Shown: positions 56,038-64,000 of the stretch, piece after piece
Position numbering within the stretch: the stretch's first letter is position 1
Layout of the letters: each line of letters starts with the position of its first letter
From: an uncultured Vicinamibacteraceae bacterium
GTDB lineage: Bacteria > Acidobacteriota > Vicinamibacteria > Vicinamibacterales > UBA8438
Assembly: GCA_964646815.1 (NCBI GenBank)
Contig: CAZYFH010000014.1
Coordinates: 927-64,926, forward strand
Length of the DNA: 64,000 nucleotides
Reading direction: 5' to 3'
Notes under the pieces: generated by a model
Seen by the model: the letters and a program-made list of their open reading frames with translations, nothing else
Told to the model about the DNA's origin: nothing
Database searches by the model: none
Position numbers and translations under genes: made by a program

Positions 56038-57413
56038 GTCCCTACTCCTCCATCGGCCGCGGACTCGCGGCGTTGCACCCTGAGTGTCATGCCGTCGACC
56101 CCGACGACGCGCACCCGGTCCCCTTCGGCCAGCTCATCTTTGGTAGTCGCCGACCAGATCTCGCCGTGCGTCGACACCCGGCCGGCACCGCCCATCGGAA
56201 TCGGACCGAGCGCCAGCCCGACCGCGTCGAGCATTCCGGAGACGCCGGTGACGGGCTGTGTGCGCTGCGCTCGAATCACCAGGCGGGTCAGAAACCCGAC
56301 GATGGCGGCCAGCGCGAGCATGCTCCACAGGATGAACGGGATGCCGAGCTGGAGCTCCGGGGCCGGCGAATCAATCAGCATCAGCGCACCGAACACCATA
56401 CTGACGATGCCGCCGGTCGCGAGGAGGCCATACGTGGGAGTCAGCATCTCGACCACGAGCAGCGCGAGTCCGAACAAAATCAAGAGCAGTCCCACGTAGT
56501 TGATGGGGAGGATCTGAAACGCGAAGAACGCCAGCAGGAGACAGAGGCCACCCACGATCCCGGGCACGGTCGCCCCGGGGTTCCACAGCTCGATCGTCAG
56601 GCCGAGCGTCCCCAGGCTGAAGAGCAGCACCGCCACCTGGGGATGCGCGACCGCGCTCAGCAACTGCTGCCGCCAAGTCATCGTCACGCGCTCGACGCGC
56701 GCGTCGGCCGTGCGGAGGACCTGGGTGCTTCCATCCCATCGCCTGATCTTTCGCTCGTGCAGCTGGTCGAGGAGATCGTCGAGATCCGACGCGATCAGGT
56801 CGATGAGCGGGGGCTCGGCGGCGAGCGCTTCCTCCTCGGTAAACGACCGACTCTCGGTGACGGCCTTTTCCGCGAGCTCGACGCTGCGCCGACGGCGGTT
56901 CGCCAGCGAGCGCGCGTAGGCCGCGACGTCAGAAGCCGCCTTCTCGGCCATCGTGTCGTCCATCGCGGCGCCGGTGCCTGAGACCGGATGCGCCGCCCCG
57001 ATGTGGGTGCCGGGCGCCATTGCCGCGATGTCGGCGGCAATCGTGATCAGGAACCCGGCGGAGGCAGCGCGGGTCCCGCTCGGGCCGACGTAGATCACGA
57101 CGGGGGTCTCGGACTCGATGATCCGGGAGTTGATCGTGCGGGTCGAATCGACCAGACCGCCCGGCGTGCGGAGCGTCAACACGACAAGATCCGCGTCGTC
57201 GGCATCCGCACGGTCGAGGGTCTGCACGATGTACTCGGCCGAGACGGGATGGATGAGCGCCTCGACTTCGGCGGCGTAGACGAGGGGGCGCGAGCCGGCA
57301 GCGGCCGGGTCACCCTGGCGGGCGCCGACAAGCGCCGACGCGAAAAGCGGCAGCGCGAGCCAACCCACCGCTATACGAAAGCCGACGCGCCGACGGGCAC
57401 GAAACGCAGACAT
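56034..57413 (-). CDS. NfeD-family membrane-bound ClpP-class serine protease
   Basis: N-terminal ClpP-like domain, central TM bundle and C-terminal NfeD OB domain ([14 protein letters not shown]...[14 protein letters not shown]). Classical 4-nt-overlap pairing with the SPFH gene. ATG checked at 57411-57413. Confidence 0.85.
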   Translation of the reverse strand: MSAFRARRRVGFRIAVGWLALPLFASALVGARQGDPAAAGSRPLVYAAEVEALIHPVSAEYIVQTLDRADADDADLVVLTLRTPGGLVDSTRTINSRIIESETPVVIYVGPSGTRAASAGFLITIAADIAAMAPGTHIGAAHPVSGTGAAMDDTMAEKAASDVAAYARSLANRRRRSVELAEKAVTESRSFTEEEALAAEPPLIDLIASDLDDLLDQLHERKIRRWDGSTQVLRTADARVERVTMTWRQQLLSAVAHPQVAVLLFSLGTLGLTIELWNPGATVPGIVGGLCLLLAFFAFQILPINYVGLLLILFGLALLVVEMLTPTYGLLATGGIVSMVFGALMLIDSPAPELQLGIPFILWSMLALAAIVGFLTRLVIRAQRTQPVTGVSGMLDAVGLALGPIPMGGAGRVSTHGEIWSATTKDELAEGDRVRVVGVDGMTLRVQRRESAADGGVGT

Positions 57414-57734
57414 CTGGAACTCCACTCGTACCGTAACGGAGCGCCTGAACCGTGTCAACGCATACGTCGATCGGGAGCGAGCCTCGTCGACGCCAGCGGG
57501 CGCGCCTCGGCGGTCCCACCGCGAATCGTCAGGATGCGAGCGGGAACCGTCGGTCACCCAGCATCGCCGAATCTCCACCACCTCGGGCAGCTCGAAGCGT
57601 TCGAAGAACCGCGCGGTCGCCCCGCGTGAAACGCGCACAGGGAGCCGGGTCGGCAAGCACTCGGCCACCGCCTGATGCAGGCAGGGCGCCCGCATTCTCC
57701 GCAGGCAGGCTCTCTGCTAGGGTTACGCGTACGG

Positions 57735-58349
57735 ATGTCAACCGCGGCCATCCTCGCAGGCGGGCAGGCACGTCGGTTCGGCGGGCGCCCCAAGGCGCTG
57801 CTTCCTCTCGGTGACCAGCGCGTCATCGATCGCCTCCTGACCGTCCTGCGGTCAGTCACTGAGGAGGTCGTCATCGTTGCCCCTGCGGGTCACCGCCTCG
57901 ACGACCTAGGGGTGCCGATCCAGGAGGACTTGCGACCCGGAGCCGGTCCACTGGGCGGAATCTATACCGCGCTGGTTGCGTCCCGGTCGCCACAAACGCT
58001 CGTCGTCGCCGCCGACATGCCGTTTCTCAGTGTGCGGTTCCTTGAGCATGTACTGCACACCGGACGCGACGTCGACATCGCCGTACCTCGCACCCGGGAC
58101 GGCCGCCAGCCGCTCTGCGCGTCGTATGGCCAGCGGTGTGTCGTGCTCATCGAACGCCGTCTCGACGCGCGTGCGCTCAAGGTCACTGACGCGTTCGCAG
58201 GCGCCCGCACGATCGAGATCGGACCGGAGGCGATCGCACCATTCGACCCGGAAGGCACACTCTGCTTCAACATCAACAGGCCAGCCGACTACGCCCGGGC
58301 GCTCGCCGTGGCCGCGGCCGGCACGGCGCCGCTCTGTTCGGTCGTATGA
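57735..58349 (+). CDS. mobA: molybdenum cofactor guanylyltransferase
   Basis: AAILAGGQARRFGG.PKALL N-terminal motif. ATG checked at 57735-57737. Confidence 0.85.
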   Translation: MSTAAILAGGQARRFGGRPKALLPLGDQRVIDRLLTVLRSVTEEVVIVAPAGHRLDDLGVPIQEDLRPGAGPLGGIYTALVASRSPQTLVVAADMPFLSVRFLEHVLHTGRDVDIAVPRTRDGRQPLCASYGQRCVVLIERRLDARALKVTDAFAGARTIEIGPEAIAPFDPEGTLCFNINRPADYARALAVAAAGTAPLCSVV

Positions 58350-58391
58350 TGATGGTGGACAGCCGCGCGGAAGCGCGTCGGAGTCACCGGC

Positions 58392-60422
58392 ATGATTCTG
58401 CCCATTCACGCAGCACTCAAGGACCGTCTCCACACGGTGCTTACGGAGCTGTACGGCCTCGACACCGACGCCGTGCCCGAGATCGCGGTGCAGTATCCGC
58501 CCGACAGATCACTGGGAGATCTAGGCATCCCGGTCGCGTTCGAGCTCGCGCGCACGCTGCGCAGGGCACCGAGGACCATCGCGGCTGAGGTCGTCGCCGC
58601 GCTCGGCCGCATCGATGGGATAGCCCGCGCGGAAGCCGCGCCGAACGGTTACGTCAACGTGTTCCTCGACCGGGCCATGTTCGTCAGGAAGACGTGCACG
58701 ACACCAGCAGCGGCGGCCACGGCACCGGCGACCAAGACCATCGTCGAGCACACCGCGATCAACCCGAACAAGGCCGCCCACATCGGCCACCTGCGAAACT
58801 CGGCGCTCGGTGACACGCTGGCCCGGGTACTGCGCTTTCTGGGCACGCCCGTTGAAGTCCAGAACTACATTGACGATACCGGCGTCCAGGTAGCCGATGT
58901 CGTCGTCGGATTCGAGCAACTCGAGCACGCGTCGCTCGACGACGTGGCCGCGCTCACCGCTCAGCCGCGGTTCGACTCCTACTGCTGGGATCTGTACGCG
59001 CGCGTGACCGAATGGTACGCCGGCGACGACGACCGCCTCGTCCACCGCGCCCGCGCGCTGCGCGATCTGGAGACTGGCATCACCCCGACGGCTGCGATCG
59101 GCCGGGCTGTTGCGGCCAAGATCGTCCAGTGTCACCTCGCCACGATGGATCGACTGAACGTCGAATACGACCTATTGAGCTGGGAAGGCGATATCCTGCG
59201 CCTCGAATTCTGGGCGCGCGCGTTCGCCGTGCTGCAACGAGCCGATGCCATCTTTCTACAGACGGAGGGTCCACAGGCCGGCTGCTGGGTCATGCCGCTC
59301 GCGGATCTTCGCCGGCAGGACGAGGACGTGGATGTGAACGCCGGGGCCGACAGCGCAACCGAGGAGGGACCCTACACCCGCGCCAAGATTATCGTCCGCT
59401 CTAACGGGACGGTGACCTACGTCGGCAAGGACATCGCCTATCAGTTCTGGAAGTTCGGGCTGCTCGACCGGGACTTCCGCTATCGTCATCATAGTGACCA
59501 GCGCTCGGGCCAGCCCCTGTGGTCGACGACAGCTGAATCAGACACGCGAACAGACGCGCTCGTCCCACCCGCCTTCGGGGACGCGGCGGCTGTCTACAAC
59601 GTCATCGATACGCGGCAGTCGTATCTGCAAGCGCTGCTCAAACAAGCGTTGACCGCGATCGACCGTCGGGCGCAGGCGGATCGCTCGGTGCATGTCTCCT
59701 ACGAGATGGTGGCGCTCTCTCATGGCACGGCACGCGCGCTCGGCTACGACGCCGACCCCGAGGAGCGGCGCCCCTTCGTCGAGGTGTCGGGACGCAAGGG
59801 TCTGGGTGTCAAGGCCAATGACCTGCTGGACCGGGTGACGGCGGCAGCGCGGCGCGAGGTCCTCAAGCGCCACGTCGATCTGGCCGCGAACGAGACGGAA
59901 GCCGAGCGCATCGCCTCCATCATCGCCGTGGCCGCCATCCGCTACTTCATGATCAAGTACTCACGCGGAAAGCTCATCGTCTTCGATATCGACGAGGCGC
60001 TGAGCTTCGAAGGCGAGAGTGGTCCGTATGTGCAGTACGCGGCAGTGCGCGCGGAGAAGATCCTCCAGAAGCTGCGCCGGCGCCATGGCACCGATGACAC
60101 AGCGCTGGTGGACGCGCTCGCGACACTGCCGGACGAGCCGCTCGACGACCCCGACGGGACCGATCTGTGGGGTCTCTTCCTGGAAGCCGCCCGGCTCGAC
60201 GAAATCGCTGCGCAGTCGGTCCGCGCGCTCGAGTTGTCCGTTCTGGCCAAGTACACGTTCGGGCTTGCGCAGACATTCAACACCTTCTATCACCGCTGCC
60301 CAGTCATCGCCGAGGAGCGCCGCGACGTGAGGCTCTGGCGCGCGGCGGCGGTCACCTACGTGCGTCTTCAGTTGGGGCGAGCCCTGGATCTGATGGGGTG
60401 CGAGGTGCCGCCGCGAATGTAG
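58392..60422 (+). CDS. argS: arginine--tRNA ligase (long form, 676 aa)
   Basis: Class I HIGH motif (NPNKAAHIGHLRN), catalytic core and a C-terminal DALR anticodon-binding domain ending ...CEVPPRM. Confidence 0.95.
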   Translation: MILPIHAALKDRLHTVLTELYGLDTDAVPEIAVQYPPDRSLGDLGIPVAFELARTLRRAPRTIAAEVVAALGRIDGIARAEAAPNGYVNVFLDRAMFVRKTCTTPAAAATAPATKTIVEHTAINPNKAAHIGHLRNSALGDTLARVLRFLGTPVEVQNYIDDTGVQVADVVVGFEQLEHASLDDVAALTAQPRFDSYCWDLYARVTEWYAGDDDRLVHRARALRDLETGITPTAAIGRAVAAKIVQCHLATMDRLNVEYDLLSWEGDILRLEFWARAFAVLQRADAIFLQTEGPQAGCWVMPLADLRRQDEDVDVNAGADSATEEGPYTRAKIIVRSNGTVTYVGKDIAYQFWKFGLLDRDFRYRHHSDQRSGQPLWSTTAESDTRTDALVPPAFGDAAAVYNVIDTRQSYLQALLKQALTAIDRRAQADRSVHVSYEMVALSHGTARALGYDADPEERRPFVEVSGRKGLGVKANDLLDRVTAAARREVLKRHVDLAANETEAERIASIIAVAAIRYFMIKYSRGKLIVFDIDEALSFEGESGPYVQYAAVRAEKILQKLRRRHGTDDTALVDALATLPDEPLDDPDGTDLWGLFLEAARLDEIAAQSVRALELSVLAKYTFGLAQTFNTFYHRCPVIAEERRDVRLWRAAAVTYVRLQLGRALDLMGCEVPPRM

Positions 60423-60513
60423 CGGTGGTCGACCACTCTAACGGTCAAGCGGTAGGCTGTCGCCGATCGGAACGCGCGCCGGTGACCACTACCGATTCAC
60501 CCTATACAGTCCA

Positions 60514-61221
60514 CTAGTCGTAGGTGAGACGCGGCAGCTCGATGTAGTCGGTCAAGAGCCGATCGAGGCTGGCGTCCAGCGCCCGTCGAAACACATCCGG
60601 CGCCATCCGGTTCCGAAACGGCTCGAGGTCAAGGGCGGCGGATTCGCGCAACCGACCGCGCAGGGTTTCGTCGGCACTTGCGTGCGCTGCAGCGTGCAAG
60701 AGCCGTTCGAGCTCCTCCAGCCGGCCAATGATTCGTAGCCGTGCGTCGCCACGGGCGGTCCTGGCCGCCGCGCGCGTCTCGTCCAGCTCCGCCACGACGT
60801 CTGCCACCCGCTGGTCCAGCGCCGTGGGTCTGGTGGCGCCCCGCCACGCCCGCAACCGCGAGGCGACCTGATCGACATGGGCCGACAACGAGCGTCGCCG
60901 CGACGCGCGCTGGCCGTCGGCGGCCTCGGGTGCCGCGCGCGTACCGGCAGTGCCCACACCGATCGCGCGCTTCCACTCGTCGAACAGATCCTGGACATCG
61001 GCCTCGCAGTACTCGATCCGGAGCGGCCGTCGCTTCGGCCCCGTGGCGTAGTACCGTGCCTCGGCCAGATCCACCGCACGCATCACTACACTCAGCGGTA
61101 TCGCCGCGCTCGCCCAGCCGCTCACGAGCTCGAACGCCGGTCCGACGATGCGGATGAGGTGCCCGTCGTTCTTGCGGCAGAGATACGACTCGACGTCACG
61201 GCAGTAGGCTCCGGGATCCAT
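60514..61221 (-). CDS. hypothetical protein (structured N-terminal approx 90 aa, Arg/Ala-rich helical C-terminus)
   Basis: 235-aa ORF filling the whole gap between argS and coaX, with coding-like GC3. No family recognised by eye. Confidence 0.5.
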   Translation of the reverse strand: MDPGAYCRDVESYLCRKNDGHLIRIVGPAFELVSGWASAAIPLSVVMRAVDLAEARYYATGPKRRPLRIEYCEADVQDLFDEWKRAIGVGTAGTRAAPEAADGQRASRRRSLSAHVDQVASRLRAWRGATRPTALDQRVADVVAELDETRAAARTARGDARLRIIGRLEELERLLHAAAHASADETLRGRLRESAALDLEPFRNRMAPDVFRRALDASLDRLLTDYIELPRLTYD

Positions 61222-61245
61222 CTCGGGTACGTCTTCGCGATCGCG

Positions 61246-62061
61246 CTAGCCCATCTGCGTGTTCCGCTCCCACACGAAGCGAAGACCGGCAAGTGTCAGA
61301 TCCGGTTGCACCTCGTCGATCGCGTCGGTTTCGTCAGCGATCACGCGGGCCAGTCCACCTGTAGCGATGCAGATGGTGGTGGAACCGTCGCCGGACAGCT
61401 CGGCGCGCATGCGCGACACGATACCCTCGACCATCGCGACGTAGCCAAAGAAGAGACCGGACTGTATCGACCCCACGGTCGTCCGGCCGATCAGCTCTTC
61501 CGGCTTTCGCACGTCGACCCGCGGCAGCCGCGCGGCGCGCTGAAAGAGCGCGTCGGCCGATATCTCCACGCCGGGACAGATCACTCCGCCCCGGTAAGCG
61601 CCGCCCGCCGAGATCGCATCGAACGTGGTCGCGGTGCCGAAATCGACGACGACGACCGACCGCCGCGGTGCGCCATACAGCCGCAATGCCGCAACGGCGT
61701 TCACCAAACGGTCGGCGCCGACGTCGTCTGGCGTTTCGTATTCGATCGCCAGACCGGCGTTGCCGGCATCCACACTCAGGATCGAGCGATCGAGCCCCCG
61801 GGCGACCATCTCGGAGACCGTCCGGGTGAGAGTAGGGACCACCGACGCCATCACGACGCCGTCAATTCCTGAGACGTCGATCTCTCCCTCGGCGAACAAC
61901 CGGTTCACGAGCACCCACAGCTCGTCCGCGGTGCGATCGCGGAGCGTCGCGAGCCGCCAGCTGACGGCAAGGTCATCACCCTCGAAGATCCCGAACACGA
62001 TGTTGGTGTTGCCGATGTCGATGGCTAACAGCACCGAATTGCACCTTGGCTTCGGGCTCAA
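61246..62061 (-). CDS. coaX: type III pantothenate kinase
   Basis: LLAIDIGNTNIVFG phosphate-1 motif and a DFGTATTFD motif. birA-coaX synteny. Confidence 0.9.
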   Translation of the reverse strand: MSPKPRCNSVLLAIDIGNTNIVFGIFEGDDLAVSWRLATLRDRTADELWVLVNRLFAEGEIDVSGIDGVVMASVVPTLTRTVSEMVARGLDRSILSVDAGNAGLAIEYETPDDVGADRLVNAVAALRLYGAPRRSVVVVDFGTATTFDAISAGGAYRGGVICPGVEISADALFQRAARLPRVDVRKPEELIGRTTVGSIQSGLFFGYVAMVEGIVSRMRAELSGDGSTTICIATGGLARVIADETDAIDEVQPDLTLAGLRFVWERNTQMG

Positions 62062-62100
62062 AGGACCTGGGTGTCCCGATCTCGTGCCACCTGCGCCACA

Positions 62101-62143
62101 AGCCTTAAGTCCTGAGCCCCAGGCGCCGAGCCGGGCGGGCGCG
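62101..62143. repeat. degenerate 7-nt periodic tract (minus strand GGCTCGG CGCCTGG GGCTCAG GACTTAA GGCT)
   Basis: Read directly in the birA-coaX spacer. Weaker periodicity than the other loci. Confidence 0.5.
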
Positions 62144-62149
62144 TCGTTT

Positions 62150-62992
62150 CTACCAAAGTCCGTCCTCCCACGTCACCTCGCCACCGACGATACGCTCGGT
62201 CCGCCCACTACAGTCCACCGTCAGTGCGCCGTCCTGATCAATGCCTGCCGTCACACCGGTGTACCGCGTGCCGTGTCCGTTCCAGGCAACCCGGACTCCC
62301 TGGCTGCTCGGAGACCACGCACGCCACTGCGCAAGAAGGTCGGCCGACCCGTGCGCGGCCAGCATCCGCCGCCACCGCTCGACGCCCGACAACACGTCTG
62401 CGAGAAGGACCGCCGACCCTACAGGCGTTCGAGCCTCCGCACCGAGCGACGTCGCGCGTCCGACCAGCTCGACGGGATAGTCCGCTCGACCGACGTTGAT
62501 TCCGATACCCATCACGACACCCTCACCGGCCGCGAGCGGCAAGCGCTCGGCCAGGAGGCCGGCCACCTTCCGGGACCGCGGGCACGCCGCGCCCGCAGGG
62601 TTCTCGTGCACGAGGCGCACGACGAGGTCATTTGGCCACTTGAGCTCAACCGGGACGCCGCTCCGTTCCCGCACGGCCTCGGCAACCGCGACCCCGGCCA
62701 TGAGCGTGACCAGCGGCGACTGTGGTCCACGCAGCAGAATCGACACATACAGCCCCGCTCCGGGCGGTGAATGCCACGAACGCCCGCGGCGCCCTCGACC
62801 CGAGGTCTGCGCCCGCGCCAGCACGGTCGTGCGGTCGGCCGCGCCAGACTCGGCCAGCCCAACAGCCACGTCGTTCGTCGAGGTCACCTCGTCGAAGTAC
62901 ACGAGCCGGACCGCCGTGAGATCCGGCCGCCGGCGCAGAGCAGACGCGACGTCTGGTGGCGGCGGCAATGCACTCATCGACGGACTCGGCAT
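62150..62992 (-). CDS. birA: biotin--[acetyl-CoA-carboxylase] ligase (class I, no HTH domain)
   Basis: TSTND, GRGRRGR.W.SP.G and KWPND motifs. 280 aa with no N-terminal wHTH. Confidence 0.85.
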   Translation of the reverse strand: MPSPSMSALPPPPDVASALRRRPDLTAVRLVYFDEVTSTNDVAVGLAESGAADRTTVLARAQTSGRGRRGRSWHSPPGAGLYVSILLRGPQSPLVTLMAGVAVAEAVRERSGVPVELKWPNDLVVRLVHENPAGAACPRSRKVAGLLAERLPLAAGEGVVMGIGINVGRADYPVELVGRATSLGAEARTPVGSAVLLADVLSGVERWRRMLAAHGSADLLAQWRAWSPSSQGVRVAWNGHGTRYTGVTAGIDQDGALTVDCSGRTERIVGGEVTWEDGLW

Positions 62993-62998
62993 CCAGCC

Positions 62999-63850
62999 TT
63001 ACGAGACGATCTCGAAGCTCATGTCAATCGCCGGGGCCGAATGCGTCAGCGCGCCCACCGAGATGTAGTCTGGACCCAGTGCAGCAATCGTGTCGATGTC
63101 GGCCAGCGTGATTCCGCCTGAGACCTCCGTCTGCGCACGCCCGCGGCACCGCTCGACCGCCGCGCGCCGTTGGTCTGGCGAGAAGTTGTCGAGCAGCACG
63201 ATGGCGGCCCGGGCGTCGAGCGCCTCGTCCACCTCGTCGAGGGAATGCGCCTCAACTTCGATCGGCAGGTCGTGATCGGTCGCGCGCAGCTTCTCGACCG
63301 CGGTGGCGATCGATCCGGCCACGCGCACGTGGTTGTCCTTGATCAGCAGCCCGTCGTCGAGCGCCAGACGATGATTGACCGCCCCGCCGGCTCGAACGGC
63401 GTACTTCTCCAGCACCCGGAGGGTCGGTGTCGTCTTCCGGGTGTCGAGGATGGTCGTGCGCGCGCCGGCGGCGTCGACGAACCGGCGTGTCAGTGTCGCG
63501 ATGCCGGACAGACGTTGCAAGAAGTTCAATGCCGTCCGCTCCGCGGTGAGCAATGCCGACGCGAACCCGCTTAGACGCAGGATGGTCTCCCCCGCTTCGC
63601 ACGTCTCCCCATCCTGATGCGCGTGCGTCACCTGCGCCTTGGGATCGAGCTGCAAAAACACCTCAAGCCCGACATCCATCCCGGCGAGCACGCATCCCCT
63701 GTTGGTCTGCACCTCACCCGTTGCGTGTGCGTCAGACAGCACGGCCGCCTCAGTCGTGATGTCCCCCCGCCGCAAATCCTCGGCCAGCGCGCGACGCACC
63801 ACTTCGCGATACAGCCCGGGGTCCAGTGGAGCGAACGGCTCCTCCTTCAC
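62999..63850 (-). CDS. nadC: nicotinate-nucleotide pyrophosphorylase (carboxylating)
   Basis: 283 aa with TRKTTP, LLIKDNH, LLDNF and SGGI motifs. Confidence 0.95.
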   Translation of the reverse strand: MKEEPFAPLDPGLYREVVRRALAEDLRRGDITTEAAVLSDAHATGEVQTNRGCVLAGMDVGLEVFLQLDPKAQVTHAHQDGETCEAGETILRLSGFASALLTAERTALNFLQRLSGIATLTRRFVDAAGARTTILDTRKTTPTLRVLEKYAVRAGGAVNHRLALDDGLLIKDNHVRVAGSIATAVEKLRATDHDLPIEVEAHSLDEVDEALDARAAIVLLDNFSPDQRRAAVERCRGRAQTEVSGGITLADIDTIAALGPDYISVGALTHSAPAIDMSFEIVS

Positions 63851-64000
63851 CTACCGAGCTCCTGCAGGATCTGCTCCAGCTTGGCCTGGTGCACACCACG
63901 CTCCTGCTCCTGAGCGCGTGCGTCGCTCACGACCTGCGGGTCCGCGCGCGTCACGAAGGCCGGGTTGTCGAGACGCGCCTGTAGGCGGACGCGCTGCTGC
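63851..64000 (-). CDS. valS: probable valine--tRNA ligase, C-terminal 49 codons only; runs off the right edge
   Basis: My own translation gives ...QQRVRLQARLDNPAFVTRADPQVVSDARAQEQERGVHQAKLEQILQELG then TAG at 63853-63851. The L.N..FV..AP..VV motif plus terminal coiled coil is typical of the ValS C-terminus. Confidence 0.5.
   Translation of the reverse strand, partial: AAARPPTGASRQPGLRDARGPAGRERRTRSGAGAWCAPGQAGADPAGAR

Noticed and set aside
57414-57734. The 321-bp divergent region between nfeD and mobA as a possible Moco riboswitch or hidden small gene.
   Set aside because: I could not find the conserved Moco-RNA motif elements, and the ORFs here are Arg/Pro-rich shadow frames. It is most simply a divergent promoter region.
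59200-59640. The unusually long ArgS (676 aa), with extra sequence between the KDIAY motif and the downstream core, as a possible insertion or domain acquisition.
   Set aside because: Long-form ArgS enzymes with expanded insertion domains exist in several phyla. Without an alignment I cannot show this is unusual, and the ORF is continuous with all catalytic motifs present.

Overview
Visibly GC-rich (about two-thirds G+C by eye, not computed) bacterial chromosomal window from a diderm organism. The gene content (futalosine menaquinone pathway, HspR-type heat-shock operon, LpxI, GC-rich intergenic repeats) suggests Acidobacteriota or a similar phylum, but this is a low-confidence guess. I can support 62 apparently intact CDS, one multi-lesion pseudogene and two CDS truncated by the window edges. 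I recognised no rRNA, tRNA, CRISPR array, prophage or IS element. Everything from 1 to 41421 is on the minus strand. Gene blocks, left to right: HDAC-like (partial), DUF374, ETF-QO/etfA/etfB; a fatty-acid operon read on the minus strand as yceD-rpmF-plsX-fabD-fabG-acpP-fabF, with no fabH; dgt, hfq, miaA, a TonB-like gene; a consolidated futalosine/menaquinone cluster (mqn-like paralog, mqnA, radical-SAM mqnE/C, amidohydrolase, UbiA-type prenyltransferase, ubiX, ubiE/menG); an envelope block (bamA, skp, fused fabZ-lpxA, lpxI, Gfo/Idh/MocA oxidoreductase); clpC, lolD, lolC/E, lysS, nusB, ribH, an enoyl-CoA hydratase, three small membrane proteins, a PfkB kinase, mtnP, mce, meaB; a decayed acyl-CoA dehydrogenase; a small OMP plus two paralogous secreted proteins; dnaK-dnaJ-hspR-(DnaC/IstB-like ATPase)-hemW; PBP1A; prfB with its programmed +1 frameshift; lnt, a SPOR protein, an SPFH/NfeD pair, mobA, argS, a hypothetical, coaX, birA, nadC, valS (partial). 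I see no obvious defence, toxin or mobile system. The least explained signals are: (i) an ~86-90 nt GC-rich dispersed intergenic repeat family (3 full copies plus 1 partial); (ii) a family of heptanucleotide tandem repeats (GGYTCNN) in short spacers just upstream of start codons, one next to a sense-strand G-quadruplex motif; (iii) a MqnC/MqnE-like paralog that has lost the radical-SAM CxxxCxxC motif and is translationally coupled to mqnA; (iv) a zinc-ribbon DnaC/IstB-like AAA+ gene inside the HspR heat-shock operon; (v) a tandem pair of uncharacterised secreted paralogs; (vi) a fabZ-lpxA gene fusion with no lpxD at the usual position; (vii) an acyl-CoA dehydrogenase carrying three frameshifts and an amber codon. 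All functional calls rest on my reading of the translated ORFs against remembered family motifs. No database search was run.
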